A program made the translations under genes and the position numbers. A stretch of 44,810 nucleotides of DNA from a virus (lineage: Duplodnaviria > Caudoviricetes): IMG/VR virus record IMGVR_UViG_3300017658_000253, positions 1-44,810 of that record, one strand, 5' to 3'. Of the stretch, positions 8,767 through 17,910 are shown in pieces; position 1 is the first letter of the stretch; every line of letters begins with the position of its first letter. The notes under the pieces are model-generated. The model worked only from the letters and a program-made list of their open reading frames with translations, was not told the origin of the DNA and searched no databases.

Positions 8767-9366
8767 ATGGGATCCTGGAACGACTTCAACGACGCGCAGT
8801 CCAACACCAATCTCATCCCGAAGGGCACGCTCGCCAAGGTGCGGCTCTCCATCCGCCCGGGTGGGTTCGATGATGCCACGCAGGGCTGGACCGGCGGCTA
8901 TGCCACGCGCGGGGCGACCGGTGCCGTCTATCTGAACGGCGAGTTCACCGTGACCGAGGGGCCCTTTGCCCGGCGCAAGATCTTCACCCTGATCGGGCTC
9001 TACAGCCCCAAGGGGCCGGACTGGGCCAATATGGGCCGCAGCCTGGTGCGTGGCATGCTGAACTCGGCGCGCGGGATTTCCGACAAGGACATGTCGCCCG
9101 AGGCGCAGGCCAAGCGCCGTATCAACGGCTTCGCCGATCTCGACGGGATCGAGTTCGTCGCCCGGATCGATGTCGGCACCGATGCCAGCGGTGATGACAA
9201 GAACGAGATCCGCGCCGCCGTCACCCCTGATCATCGCGATTATGCGGCCGCGATGGGGGCTGGTGGTCTGCCCTTTGGCAGCCAGCAGCAGGTCCACTCG
9301 GCACCCGTCACCGGCCAGCCCGCCGCCAATCCCGGCCTGGCCGGGCGGCCGAGCTGGGCGCAGTAA
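8767..9366 (+). CDS. Putative ssDNA-binding protein (DUF669-like)
   Basis: AAGGAG RBS; position after Sak4-like gene; flexible tail ending PSWAQ. Confidence 0.65.
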   Translation: MGSWNDFNDAQSNTNLIPKGTLAKVRLSIRPGGFDDATQGWTGGYATRGATGAVYLNGEFTVTEGPFARRKIFTLIGLYSPKGPDWANMGRSLVRGMLNSARGISDKDMSPEAQAKRRINGFADLDGIEFVARIDVGTDASGDDKNEIRAAVTPDHRDYAAAMGAGGLPFGSQQQVHSAPVTGQPAANPGLAGRPSWAQ

Positions 9367-9378
9367 GGGGGATCGGCG

Positions 9379-11082
9379 ATGCGCCTGCGTCCCCGCCAGA
9401 CCGAGTTCGTCAAGCGCAGCATTGCTGCGCTTGGCAAGCACGGCAATACGCTCGGCGTCGCCCCGACCGGCGCGGGCAAGACCATCATGCTCTCGGCGGT
9501 CACCGGCGAGATGATCGGCGCCATGTCAAAGAACACGGGCGCCAAAGCCTGCGTGCTCGCCCATCGCGACGAGCTGACGGCACAGAACCGCGCCAAGTTC
9601 CGGCGTGTGGTGCCGGGGGTTTCGACCTCGGTGATCGACGCCACCGAAAAATCCTGGCAGGGTCAGGTCACCTTCGCCATGGTGCCCACGCTGGCACGGG
9701 GAGCGAACCTCGCCGATATGCCGCGGCTCGATCTGCTGGTCATCGACGAGGCGCATCATGCGGTGGCCGACAGCTACCGCCGCATTATCGACCGTGTGCG
9801 CGATGCCAATCCCGAGGCCCGGATCTTCGGGGTCACCGCGACGCCGAATCGCGGTGACCGGAAGGGTCTGCGCGGGGTCTTCGACAATGTCGCGGATCAG
9901 GTGCGGCTGGGCGAGCTCATTGCCTCCGGTCACCTCGTGCCGCCGCGCACCTTCGTCATCGATGTCGGGGTGCAGGATGAGCTGCGCTCGGTCCGCAAGA
10001 CCATGGCGGATTTCGACATGGGCGAAGTGGCGGGCATCATGGACCGCGCGCCCGTCACCGATGAGGTGATCAGGCATTGGAAGGGAAAGGCCAGCGAGCG
10101 GCAGACCGTGGTCTTCTGCTCCACGGTCGAACATGCCCGCAATGTCACCGATGCCTTCAGTGCGGCGGGTGTCGCCGCTGCGCTGATCCATGGCGATCTG
10201 ACAGCCGAGACCCGCAAGGCGATCCTCGCCAGCTATGCCGCAGGCGAGATCCGGGTGATCGTCAATGTCGCGGTGCTGACCGAGGGCTGGGATCACCCGC
10301 CGACCTCCTGCGTCGTGCTGCTGCGGCCGAGTTCCTACAAATCCACCATGATCCAGATGGTCGGGCGCGGTCTGCGGACCGTCGATCCCGAGGAATATCC
10401 GCGCATCGTCAAGACCGATTGCATCGTCCTCGATTTCGGCACTTCGAGCCTGATCCACGGCTCGCTGGAACAAGATGTCAATCTCGACGGCAGGACCGCT
10501 ACCGGCGAGGCACCGACAAAGACCTGTCCGGGCTGCGAGGCCGATATCCCGCTCGCCGCCATGGAATGCCCGCTCTGCGGCGAGACCTTCCCGCGCGAGC
10601 ATCCTGACGCGGGCGAAGGCGGAGCAGTTCCACCGCTTTCCGGCTTCATGATGTCCGAGATCGATCTGCTGAAACGCTCGAGCTTCGCATGGGTCGACCT
10701 CTTCGGCACCGATGACGCGCTGATGGCCAGCGGCTTCAACGCCTGGGGCGGCATCTTCTGGCTCGACGGGATCTGGTACGCCATTGGCGGGGCAAAGGGC
10801 GAATACCCCAAGCTGCTGGGTGTCGGCGAACGGACCGTCTGCCTCGCGCAGGCCGATGACTGGCTGAACGACCATGAAAGCGACCAGAGCGCCTTCAAGA
10901 CGCGCGGTTGGCTGAAACAGGCCGCGACCGAAAAGCAGCTGCAATACCTGCCGCCCGAATGCCGCCAGGACTTCGGCCTGACACGCTATCGCGCCTCGGC
11001 GCTGATGACCTTCAGCTTCAACAAGCAGGCCATCCGTGCGGCGATCCATGCCGCGACCGGCACGGAACGGAGGGCGGCGTGA
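9379..11082 (+). CDS. SF2 DEAD/DEAH-box helicase with zinc finger
   Basis: APTGAGKT, DEAH, TATP, QMVGRGLR, CPGC...CPLC. Confidence 0.95.
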   Translation: MRLRPRQTEFVKRSIAALGKHGNTLGVAPTGAGKTIMLSAVTGEMIGAMSKNTGAKACVLAHRDELTAQNRAKFRRVVPGVSTSVIDATEKSWQGQVTFAMVPTLARGANLADMPRLDLLVIDEAHHAVADSYRRIIDRVRDANPEARIFGVTATPNRGDRKGLRGVFDNVADQVRLGELIASGHLVPPRTFVIDVGVQDELRSVRKTMADFDMGEVAGIMDRAPVTDEVIRHWKGKASERQTVVFCSTVEHARNVTDAFSAAGVAAALIHGDLTAETRKAILASYAAGEIRVIVNVAVLTEGWDHPPTSCVVLLRPSSYKSTMIQMVGRGLRTVDPEEYPRIVKTDCIVLDFGTSSLIHGSLEQDVNLDGRTATGEAPTKTCPGCEADIPLAAMECPLCGETFPREHPDAGEGGAVPPLSGFMMSEIDLLKRSSFAWVDLFGTDDALMASGFNAWGGIFWLDGIWYAIGGAKGEYPKLLGVGERTVCLAQADDWLNDHESDQSAFKTRGWLKQAATEKQLQYLPPECRQDFGLTRYRASALMTFSFNKQAIRAAIHAATGTERRAA

Positions 11083-11504
11083 ACCATGTCGCGCAAATCC
11101 CGTCCGCGCCCGCACAGGCTCAGGATTGCCCGGACCGTCTGCGCCTTTGGCAGCCGCGCTTCATGCCTTGCGCGACCTGCCTGCGCCCAGCCCGCGGCTT
11201 TGGCTTCTTCGATCGATATCAACCCCGGCCGCGCGATCACCGCTGGTTCTGCTCGATGCCGTGCCAGGACCTGTTCGCAGCCCGCCACAGAAAGGGAATG
11301 ACCATGCAGGGAATGACTGATGAGGAGCGCCTCGCCATTGCAGGCGTGATGAAACAGCTGGCCCGGACCATGGATGGGATCGGCTGGCAGAAGCAGCTGA
11401 GCGAGCTCAGCGAGGGCGATGTGACCGCGCTGATCGCCGAGGTGCTGGAAAGCTACGGTACCGAGATGTCGCGCATCGCCGCCCGGACCGAGGTGCCGTT
11501 CTGA
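11079..11504 (+). CDS. Phage hypothetical protein (DUF6511-like, Cys-containing)
   Basis: GTGA overlap with helicase; CATC...FCSMPC; ends EVPF. Confidence 0.7.
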   Translation: MNHVAQIPSAPAQAQDCPDRLRLWQPRFMPCATCLRPARGFGFFDRYQPRPRDHRWFCSMPCQDLFAARHRKGMTMQGMTDEERLAIAGVMKQLARTMDGIGWQKQLSELSEGDVTALIAEVLESYGTEMSRIAARTEVPF

Positions 11505-12271
11505 TGCTGGATTTCAACCCGCGGCCATCCATGGCCGAGCGCATCAACGCGGCGATCGACGCTGCCCTCATCGCCGAGCGTGAGGCCGCGCCGCCCCGGA
11601 CCTATCTCGGCGCATCCCGGCTCGGCCATGCCTGCGAGCGAGCGCTGCAATTCGAGTTCACCGCTGCCCCGAAGGATGATGGTGCCGATTTCGGCGGACG
11701 GGTTCTGCGGATCTTCGAGATCGGTCACCAGCTCGAGGATCTCGCGATCCGCTGGCTGCGCGCGGCCGGGATCGACCTCTACACCCGCAAGGGCAATCGC
11801 CCCGATGGCGAACAATTCGGCTTTTCTGTCGCGGGCGGGCGGATCCGCGGCCATGTCGATGGCATCATCGCGGCCGCCTCCGCGCTGCTTGGCCTGCAGA
11901 CCCCCGCGCTCTGGGAATGCAAGACCATGAACGCGAAGAACTGGCGCGCCTGCGTCAAGGACGGCGTTCGCAAATCGAAGCCGGTCTATGCCGCCCAAAT
12001 CGCCATCTATCAGGCCTATATGGAGCCAAGCATTCCCGGCATTTCGGCTGCCCCGGCGCTCTTCACCGCGATCAACAAGGACACGGCCGAGCTCCATCAC
12101 GAACTCGTCCCCTTCGATGCCGAACTGGCGCAGCGCATGTCCGACCGTGCGGTGCGGATCCTGCAGGCGACCGACGCGGGCGAGCTGCTGCCCCGCATCG
12201 CCCAGGCCCGCGATTTCTTCGAATGCCGTTTCTGCCCCTATGCGTCGCGCTGCTGGGCGCAGCCCGCATGA
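11504..12271 (+). CDS. Cas4-like PD-(D/E)XK exonuclease
   Basis: YLGASRLGHAC, GHVDG, WECKT, QIAIY, CRFCPYASRC (four-Cys Fe-S pattern). Confidence 0.85.
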   Translation: MLDFNPRPSMAERINAAIDAALIAEREAAPPRTYLGASRLGHACERALQFEFTAAPKDDGADFGGRVLRIFEIGHQLEDLAIRWLRAAGIDLYTRKGNRPDGEQFGFSVAGGRIRGHVDGIIAAASALLGLQTPALWECKTMNAKNWRACVKDGVRKSKPVYAAQIAIYQAYMEPSIPGISAAPALFTAINKDTAELHHELVPFDAELAQRMSDRAVRILQATDAGELLPRIAQARDFFECRFCPYASRCWAQPA

Positions 12272-14625
12272 ATGACGCCCCTTCCGACACGAACCCGGTT
12301 CCCGACATGCGCGATGACACGCCGCCCGATGCCTCTCCAGACAATCTCGTCCATTTCAATCCCTGGCGCGATTTCAACGATGCCGCCCCGCAGATCGATG
12401 TTTTCGGCGATGAGCCCGATCCGGAACAGATCGCGCAATTCATGCAGCTGGTCTTCGGCTATTCGGAGGGGCTGATCCCGGTCCGCAGCTTCATCGACAA
12501 GGGCCAGGGCATCGATGGCCGCCCGCATAATATCTGGATCGAGGCCGATGCCGAGACCCCAGCCAAGATGGCGACCTTCGCGGCATGGGCAGCGCGCGAG
12601 GGTGCGGCGGTCTATGTGATCCCCGGCACCGTCGCCGCCCCCGGCCAGGCCAAGGCCGCCGAGATCCAGCAGATGCAGACGGTGATGGTCGATCTCGATA
12701 CCGGCGATATTGCCGCCCGGCGCGCCCATCTCGAGCGTCATCTCGGCCCGCCCAGCATGGTCGTGGAAAGCGGCGGCGTGACGCCCGAGGGGCAGCGCAA
12801 GGCGCATATCTGGTGGGCGCTGAGCGAACCTGCCGCGGGCGACGACATCCGGCGCCTCTGTCGCCTGCGCGGCGATATCGCAGCCAAGGTCGGGGGCGAC
12901 ATGCATTTCCGATCGGCCCATCAGCCGATCCGGGTCGCGGGCTCGGTCTATTATAAGAATGGCCTCAAGACACAGGTCCGCATCGTCGAGCTGAACCAGG
13001 GGCGCGAACGCGAGCTCGACGAGCTGATCGAGGCCGTGGCCGATATGCCGCCTGCACCGGACGTCTCGTTGCAGCCGGATTTCAGCCATCCCGAGAAACC
13101 CGATCTTGAGGACGTGCTGATCACGCCGGTGCGTGAAGGCGGTCAGGATGACTGGTCGCGCTTCGAGGGCGCCTCGGCGGCGATCGGATACTTCATCCGC
13201 ATGGTCCATGAGGGCCGGATGAGCAAGGCCAAAGGCTGGGAGGCGATCTGCGGCTATAACGCCGCCATGCTCCGCCCCGAATGGCCATTGGAGCGGCTGC
13301 AGCGCGAATCCGAGCGGCTCTGGGACATCCATGTCGAGAAGAATGGCCCGCCGCTGGTGCGACTGGACAGCGCCGCCCCGGTGCCGGACGTGATGCCCGC
13401 CTTTACGCTGGGGGCGCTGCTTGACGACATCAGCCCCATGCCCGAGGACATTATCGCACCGCGCGTCTTGACCCCGGGCGGGCTTCTGGTGCTGGGCGGC
13501 GCGCCCAAGGTCGGCAAGAGCGATCTGCTGATTTCCTGGCTCGTCCATATGGCGGCAGGCCAGCCTTTCCTCGGCTTCACCCCGCCACGGCCCCTGCGGA
13601 TCTTCTATCTGCAGGCCGAGATCCAGTATCACTATCTGCGCGAGCGGCTGAAGCAGATTGCCCTGCCGCCGGATATCCTCGCCGCGGCGCGCGACACCTT
13701 TGTGGCTACGCCGAAGCTGAAGATGCTGCTCGATCAGGAAGGCAGCGTGCGCGTTGCGCAGGCCATCCGCACGGCCTTCCCCGAGGCCCCGCCCGACATC
13801 ATCTGCGTCGACCCGATCCGCAACCTCTTCGATGGCGGGCCGGACGGCGGCGGCGAGAATGACAACACCGCCATGATGTTCTTCCTCAAGGAACGCGTGG
13901 AAGTCCTGCGCGACCATATCGATCCCGATTGCGGGTTGATCCTGGTCCATCACACCAAGAAACTCTCGAAGCAGCAGGTGAAAGACGATCCCTTTCTGGC
14001 CCTCTCCGGCGCCAGCGCGCTCCGGGGCTTCTACACTTCCGGTTTGATCCTGCACCGGCCCGATGAAGAGGCCTCGGCGCGCAAGCTGGAAATCGAACTG
14101 CGGAACGGGCCCGCATTGCCGGCCAAGCTGATCGACAAGCTGGGTGGTCAATGGGTCGAGCTGAACCCGATGAACGAGCGGCTGGTGCGCCAGGAGGCCG
14201 GTGCCAGGCATGACGCCGAGCGCGAGCGGAAGCGCGATGTGATCCTCTCGATCCTGCATGACGAGGCGGCCGAGGGGCGGCTCTATACCTCGACCCAGTT
14301 CCGCGAGGCGTTCGAGAACCAGCGCGGCCTCGGTAGCCAGTTCACCATCCGCGACCGGATCAACGTTCTGGCGACCAAGGGCGATATCCGCTTCCTGCGG
14401 GACGGACGACAATTCGGCCATGCGATGGTTCGATCCCGCTTCGGATATCTCTGTGTCGAGGGCATGCAGTTCGGCCGCGACGGGCGGGTCGATCCCGAGA
14501 CCGGAGAGGTGCTGAACGGGTCAATTCCGGTCCTCCCGAGCCACTATAAATCCCCCTCAAACGGGCAATGCATGGACCTTGAAGACCCCTCTGACTGGTC
14601 GATCTGGGAGGGTGAAAATGCCTGA
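12268..14625 (+). CDS. Primase-helicase (RepB'-like primase N-terminus, AAA_25/RepA-like helicase, C-terminal wHTH)
   Basis: VDLD, VVESGG...HIWW, PIRVAGS primase motifs; GAPKVGKS, ICVDP, LVHHTKK, LSGASAL helicase motifs. Confidence 0.88.
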   Translation: MNDAPSDTNPVPDMRDDTPPDASPDNLVHFNPWRDFNDAAPQIDVFGDEPDPEQIAQFMQLVFGYSEGLIPVRSFIDKGQGIDGRPHNIWIEADAETPAKMATFAAWAAREGAAVYVIPGTVAAPGQAKAAEIQQMQTVMVDLDTGDIAARRAHLERHLGPPSMVVESGGVTPEGQRKAHIWWALSEPAAGDDIRRLCRLRGDIAAKVGGDMHFRSAHQPIRVAGSVYYKNGLKTQVRIVELNQGRERELDELIEAVADMPPAPDVSLQPDFSHPEKPDLEDVLITPVREGGQDDWSRFEGASAAIGYFIRMVHEGRMSKAKGWEAICGYNAAMLRPEWPLERLQRESERLWDIHVEKNGPPLVRLDSAAPVPDVMPAFTLGALLDDISPMPEDIIAPRVLTPGGLLVLGGAPKVGKSDLLISWLVHMAAGQPFLGFTPPRPLRIFYLQAEIQYHYLRERLKQIALPPDILAAARDTFVATPKLKMLLDQEGSVRVAQAIRTAFPEAPPDIICVDPIRNLFDGGPDGGGENDNTAMMFFLKERVEVLRDHIDPDCGLILVHHTKKLSKQQVKDDPFLALSGASALRGFYTSGLILHRPDEEASARKLEIELRNGPALPAKLIDKLGGQWVELNPMNERLVRQEAGARHDAERERKRDVILSILHDEAAEGRLYTSTQFREAFENQRGLGSQFTIRDRINVLATKGDIRFLRDGRQFGHAMVRSRFGYLCVEGMQFGRDGRVDPETGEVLNGSIPVLPSHYKSPSNGQCMDLEDPSDWSIWEGENA

Positions 14626-14633
14626 TTTGGGCT

Positions 14634-14816
14634 TGTACGTCCTCTGTTCGACCTCAGGACGAACATGTACGTCCTCCGCCGTTGTTCGTCCTCAATCCAA
14701 TGAAATCAATCACTTGAGGCAAAAAGAGGTCGAACATGTTCGTCCTCTTGTACGTCCTCTGTTTGTCCTCGAAACGCATTTTAAATCAGCACCTTACGCT
14801 GAAAAGAGGACGAACA
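14634..14816. repeat. Iteron array TGTWCGWCCTC with two IHF-consensus sites; putative replication origin
   Basis: 10 copies in both orientations; WATCARNNNNTTR matches at 14704-14716 and 14784-14796. Confidence 0.8.
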
Positions 14817-14986
14817 ATGAAAGCCCCCATACTACGTATGGGGAGGCCAACCGGCAGGTTTGGCCTCTCCGCCCATACGTCGAGGGGTATCCGCGCGGGC
14901 GGGCTATTCGGTCGGATGCCACCATCATGGACCGGCCGGGACAGGACCGCCTTCACACACCAAACCACCGCGACGAGGAGATGACG

Positions 14987-15523
14987 ATGGCTGCAACAAT
15001 CCTGAAAAACGGGGCGCAGGAGACCACGGTTCTGGCGCAGATGCCGGACCAGCCCATTCGCACCGTGCTCGCCCTCGATCTCGGCACCACCACCGGCTGG
15101 GCCCTGCGCGGCCCGGACGGGTTGATCACCAGCGGCACGGCATCCTTCCGTCCTGGCCGCTATGACGGCGGCGGCATGCGCTATCTGCGCTTCACCAATT
15201 GGCTGGGCGAGCTGGAACGCCTGTCCGGCCCGATTGCTGCTATCTGGTTCGAGGAGGTCCGCCGTCATTCCGGGACCGACGCGGCCCATGTCTTTGGCGG
15301 CCTCATGGCCACGCTGACCGCATGGGCGGAGCTGCGCGGCGTGCCCTATGCCGGTGTCCCGGTCGGCACCATCAAGCGCCACGCCACCGGCAAGGGCAAT
15401 GCACCGAAACAGGCGATGATCGACGCGGCCCGTGCCCGTGGCTTGAGCCCGGCCGACGATAACGAGGCCGACGCCATCGCCATCCTGCTCTGGGCCATCG
15501 AGACCAATGGAGGGACGCAATGA
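14987..15523 (+). CDS. RuvC-like Holliday junction resolvase
   Basis: LALDLGTTTGWA, FEEV, IKRHATGKGNA.K, DNEADAIA; GAGGAG RBS. Confidence 0.85.
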   Translation: MAATILKNGAQETTVLAQMPDQPIRTVLALDLGTTTGWALRGPDGLITSGTASFRPGRYDGGGMRYLRFTNWLGELERLSGPIAAIWFEEVRRHSGTDAAHVFGGLMATLTAWAELRGVPYAGVPVGTIKRHATGKGNAPKQAMIDAARARGLSPADDNEADAIAILLWAIETNGGTQ

Positions 15524-15723
15524 CCGGCATGCGCTTCACGCCCAAGGGCTATGGCGGCCAGCGCCGCAATCCCGATGAGGTCAAACGCGATGGCTGGCGG
15601 GAACAGGGCCTGCTGGCCGTCGCCCTCGACGATGCCCGGCTGACCTGGCCGGAACGCGAACTGGTTCGCCAGCTGGGCGAATGTCTCTATGGCAGGCAGG
15701 ATAAGGAGGCACGTCATGGCTGA
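15520..15723 (+). CDS. Phage hypothetical protein
   Basis: ATGA overlap, GGAGG RBS, coupled to the next gene. Confidence 0.75.
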   Translation: MTGMRFTPKGYGGQRRNPDEVKRDGWREQGLLAVALDDARLTWPERELVRQLGECLYGRQDKEARHG

Positions 15724-16162
15724 TTGGACGATGGCACGGGTCGAGGACCGGCTGGAGAGCGCAGCGGATGTCTGGCGCGCGCTGCCCGGGATCCGGCCGC
15801 AGGGCTTCTTCAATGCCTGGCCCGAGTATCAGCATGGCGCCGGAGATCAGGTCGGTCAGGAGCCCGAGATGCGGCGGCCCCGGCCATCACCGCGCCAGAT
15901 CACCGAGGCCGAGGAAACGCTGCTCTGGCTGCGCTGGCTCGAGAAGGACGATGCCCGGATCGTCTGGCTTAGGGCGGAGCGCGCACCGTGGAAGAAGATC
16001 TGTTGGGAGATGGGCGTGAGCCGCCCGGCCGCCAACCGGCACTGGCAATACGGCATCGCCCTGATCACCTGGCGGCTCAATGGGCGCGTGCCGCCTTCGA
16101 AGCGCTCGCAGCGTTTTGTCGTCGAGAACGCAGATGACCTGTCAAGAAAAATCGTCCTGTGA
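15716..16162 (+). CDS. DUF6362-like protein with sigma-region-4-like HTH (putative late activator)
   Basis: AAGGAGG RBS; WLRWLE...IVWLRA...WKKICWEMGVSR; last gene before the packaging region. Confidence 0.75.
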   Translation: MADWTMARVEDRLESAADVWRALPGIRPQGFFNAWPEYQHGAGDQVGQEPEMRRPRPSPRQITEAEETLLWLRWLEKDDARIVWLRAERAPWKKICWEMGVSRPAANRHWQYGIALITWRLNGRVPPSKRSQRFVVENADDLSRKIVL

Positions 16163-16272
16163 CGAAATTTTCGGTGAGACATCGGAAGGGGTTCATCATT
16201 CCGGGTCCGAGGCCTACAAAAGGGACATGCTCGGGAGAGGCGCGCGCGGGTCGGACCGCGCCGCTGGTCTCC

Positions 16273-16545
16273 GGAGTCCAGGCGGGGTCCAGCCAGAATC
16301 CAGAGGCGCTAAGCCTTTGATATCTTGGTTCCTTCCTGGGGATTTTTCTATGCTGGCGGGCGAAGCGCGGCGCATCGCCAGTGACAGGGCTGATTTTTTG
16401 GGAAGCCACCCCGTCCGGAATCCACCCGCGCCACGCTGAAAACCACAAAAAAATCAAACCCATGGACCCGGATTCCACCCTGGCCACTGGACCCTTCGCG
16501 GAGTCCAGTCTGGCCGCTGGCATCCGGAGTCCTGTGTATCCACCC
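16273..16545 (+). other. Putative lambda-like cos packaging region with IHF site and repeated GGANTCCA-like motifs
   Basis: GGTTCCTTCC at 16327 followed by GGCGGGCGAAGCGCGG resembles the lambda cosQ-cosN layout; IHF consensus at 16310-16322; the terminase is gpA-type. Confidence 0.55.
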
Positions 16546-16568
16546 CCATTCGAGGCGAACCCACCCCC

Positions 16569-17906
16569 ATGACGCTGAGCTTTGCCCCAGAGCGGATCGA
16601 AACCTGGCCGCTGTCGCGCCTGCAGCCCTATGCGAAGAATGCGAAGCTGCATGGCGCCGATCAGGTCGCGAAGCTAGCCGCCAGCATGACCGAGTTCGGC
16701 TGGACCGTGCCCTGTCTTGTTGGCGAGGATGGCGAACTGATCGCGGGCCATGGCCGGGTGCTGGCCGCGACGCAGCTCGGGCTGAGCGAGGCGCCGGTAA
16801 TCGTGCTCGGGCATCTGACCGAGGCGCAGCGCCGGGCCTATCGTTTGGCCGACAACAAACTGACCGAACTCGGCAGCTGGGATGAAGCGCTGCTCTCGGC
16901 GGAACTGAACGATCTGCTGGCCGAGGACTACGACTTGTCGCTGGTCGGATTTTCCGATGGCGAGTTGGACAAGCTGCTGGCCTTCGTGCCGGAGGGTGAG
17001 GACGAGGATCAGGGCGGCAACAGTAGCTCAGTGCCGCCGGTGACGACCCCCGAACCGCCGCGCAATCCGATCTCGCGCACCGGAGATCTCTGGATCCTCG
17101 GCGACCATCGGCTGCTCTGCGGCGACAGCACCTCGCACGATGACGTGCGCCGCCTGATGAATGGCGAGCGCGCCATCCTGTTCGCGACCGACCCGCCCTA
17201 TCTGGTGGACTATGACGGCTCGAACCACCCGACCCGGAACAAGGACTGGTCGCAGTCCTACGGCGTGACCTGGGACGACAGCAGCCAGGGCGCCGAACTC
17301 TATGACGGGTTCATCTCTGCGGCTGTCGCCGAGGCGATCACCGAAGATGCGGCCTGGTATTGCTGGCACGCCTCACGACGTCAGGCGATGCTGGAAGCCT
17401 GCTGGGAAAAGGTCGGGGCCTTCGTCCATCAGCAGATCATCTGGGTGAAAGATCGCGGTGTCCTGACCCGGTCCCACTACCTCTGGAAGCACGAGCCTTG
17501 CTTCATGGGCTGGCGCCGCCCGAACCGGCCGCCGAAGGTGGCCGAGGGCACGCTGCCCTCGACCTGGGAAATGCCGAGCTTTGCCAAGGACGAGCGCCCC
17601 GACCACCCGACGCCGAAACCGCTCGACGCTTTCGGCATCCCGATGCGCCAGCATGTCGCCCGCGGCGGGCTCTGCTACGAGCCGTTTTCCGGATCTGGCT
17701 CGCAGATCATGGCGGGCGAGGCCAATGGCCGCCGCGTCTTTGCGATGGAAATCAGCCCCGCCTATGTCGATGTCGCCGTGGAACGCTGGCAGGCCGAAAC
17801 CGGGCGCGAGGCCATTCTCGATGGTGACAGCAAGAGTTTCGCGGCGGTGAAGGCCGAACGGTCGGACACCGCGACATCCGATCCGACACAGAAATCTGCA
17901 GGCTGA
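16569..17906 (+). CDS. ParB-like domain fused to DNA N6-adenine/N4-cytosine methyltransferase
   Basis: IAGHGR, YRLADNKL (ParB-like); HRLLCGDST, TDPPY, HPTPKP, EPFSGSGS. Confidence 0.93.
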   Translation: MTLSFAPERIETWPLSRLQPYAKNAKLHGADQVAKLAASMTEFGWTVPCLVGEDGELIAGHGRVLAATQLGLSEAPVIVLGHLTEAQRRAYRLADNKLTELGSWDEALLSAELNDLLAEDYDLSLVGFSDGELDKLLAFVPEGEDEDQGGNSSSVPPVTTPEPPRNPISRTGDLWILGDHRLLCGDSTSHDDVRRLMNGERAILFATDPPYLVDYDGSNHPTRNKDWSQSYGVTWDDSSQGAELYDGFISAAVAEAITEDAAWYCWHASRRQAMLEACWEKVGAFVHQQIIWVKDRGVLTRSHYLWKHEPCFMGWRRPNRPPKVAEGTLPSTWEMPSFAKDERPDHPTPKPLDAFGIPMRQHVARGGLCYEPFSGSGSQIMAGEANGRRVFAMEISPAYVDVAVERWQAETGREAILDGDSKSFAAVKAERSDTATSDPTQKSAG

Positions 17907-17910
17907 GGCA

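Noticed and set aside
11504-12271. Cas4-like nuclease as a sign of CRISPR-Cas
   Set aside because: No array or other cas genes; solo Cas4-like nucleases are common in phage replication modules
14634-14816. Repeat cluster as a mini CRISPR array
   Set aside because: Units are only 11 bp, occur in both orientations and lack regular unique spacers
14579-14986. N-terminal extension of the RuvC-like ORF in the track
   Set aside because: It runs through the iteron array; a good RBS supports a start at 14981 or 14987
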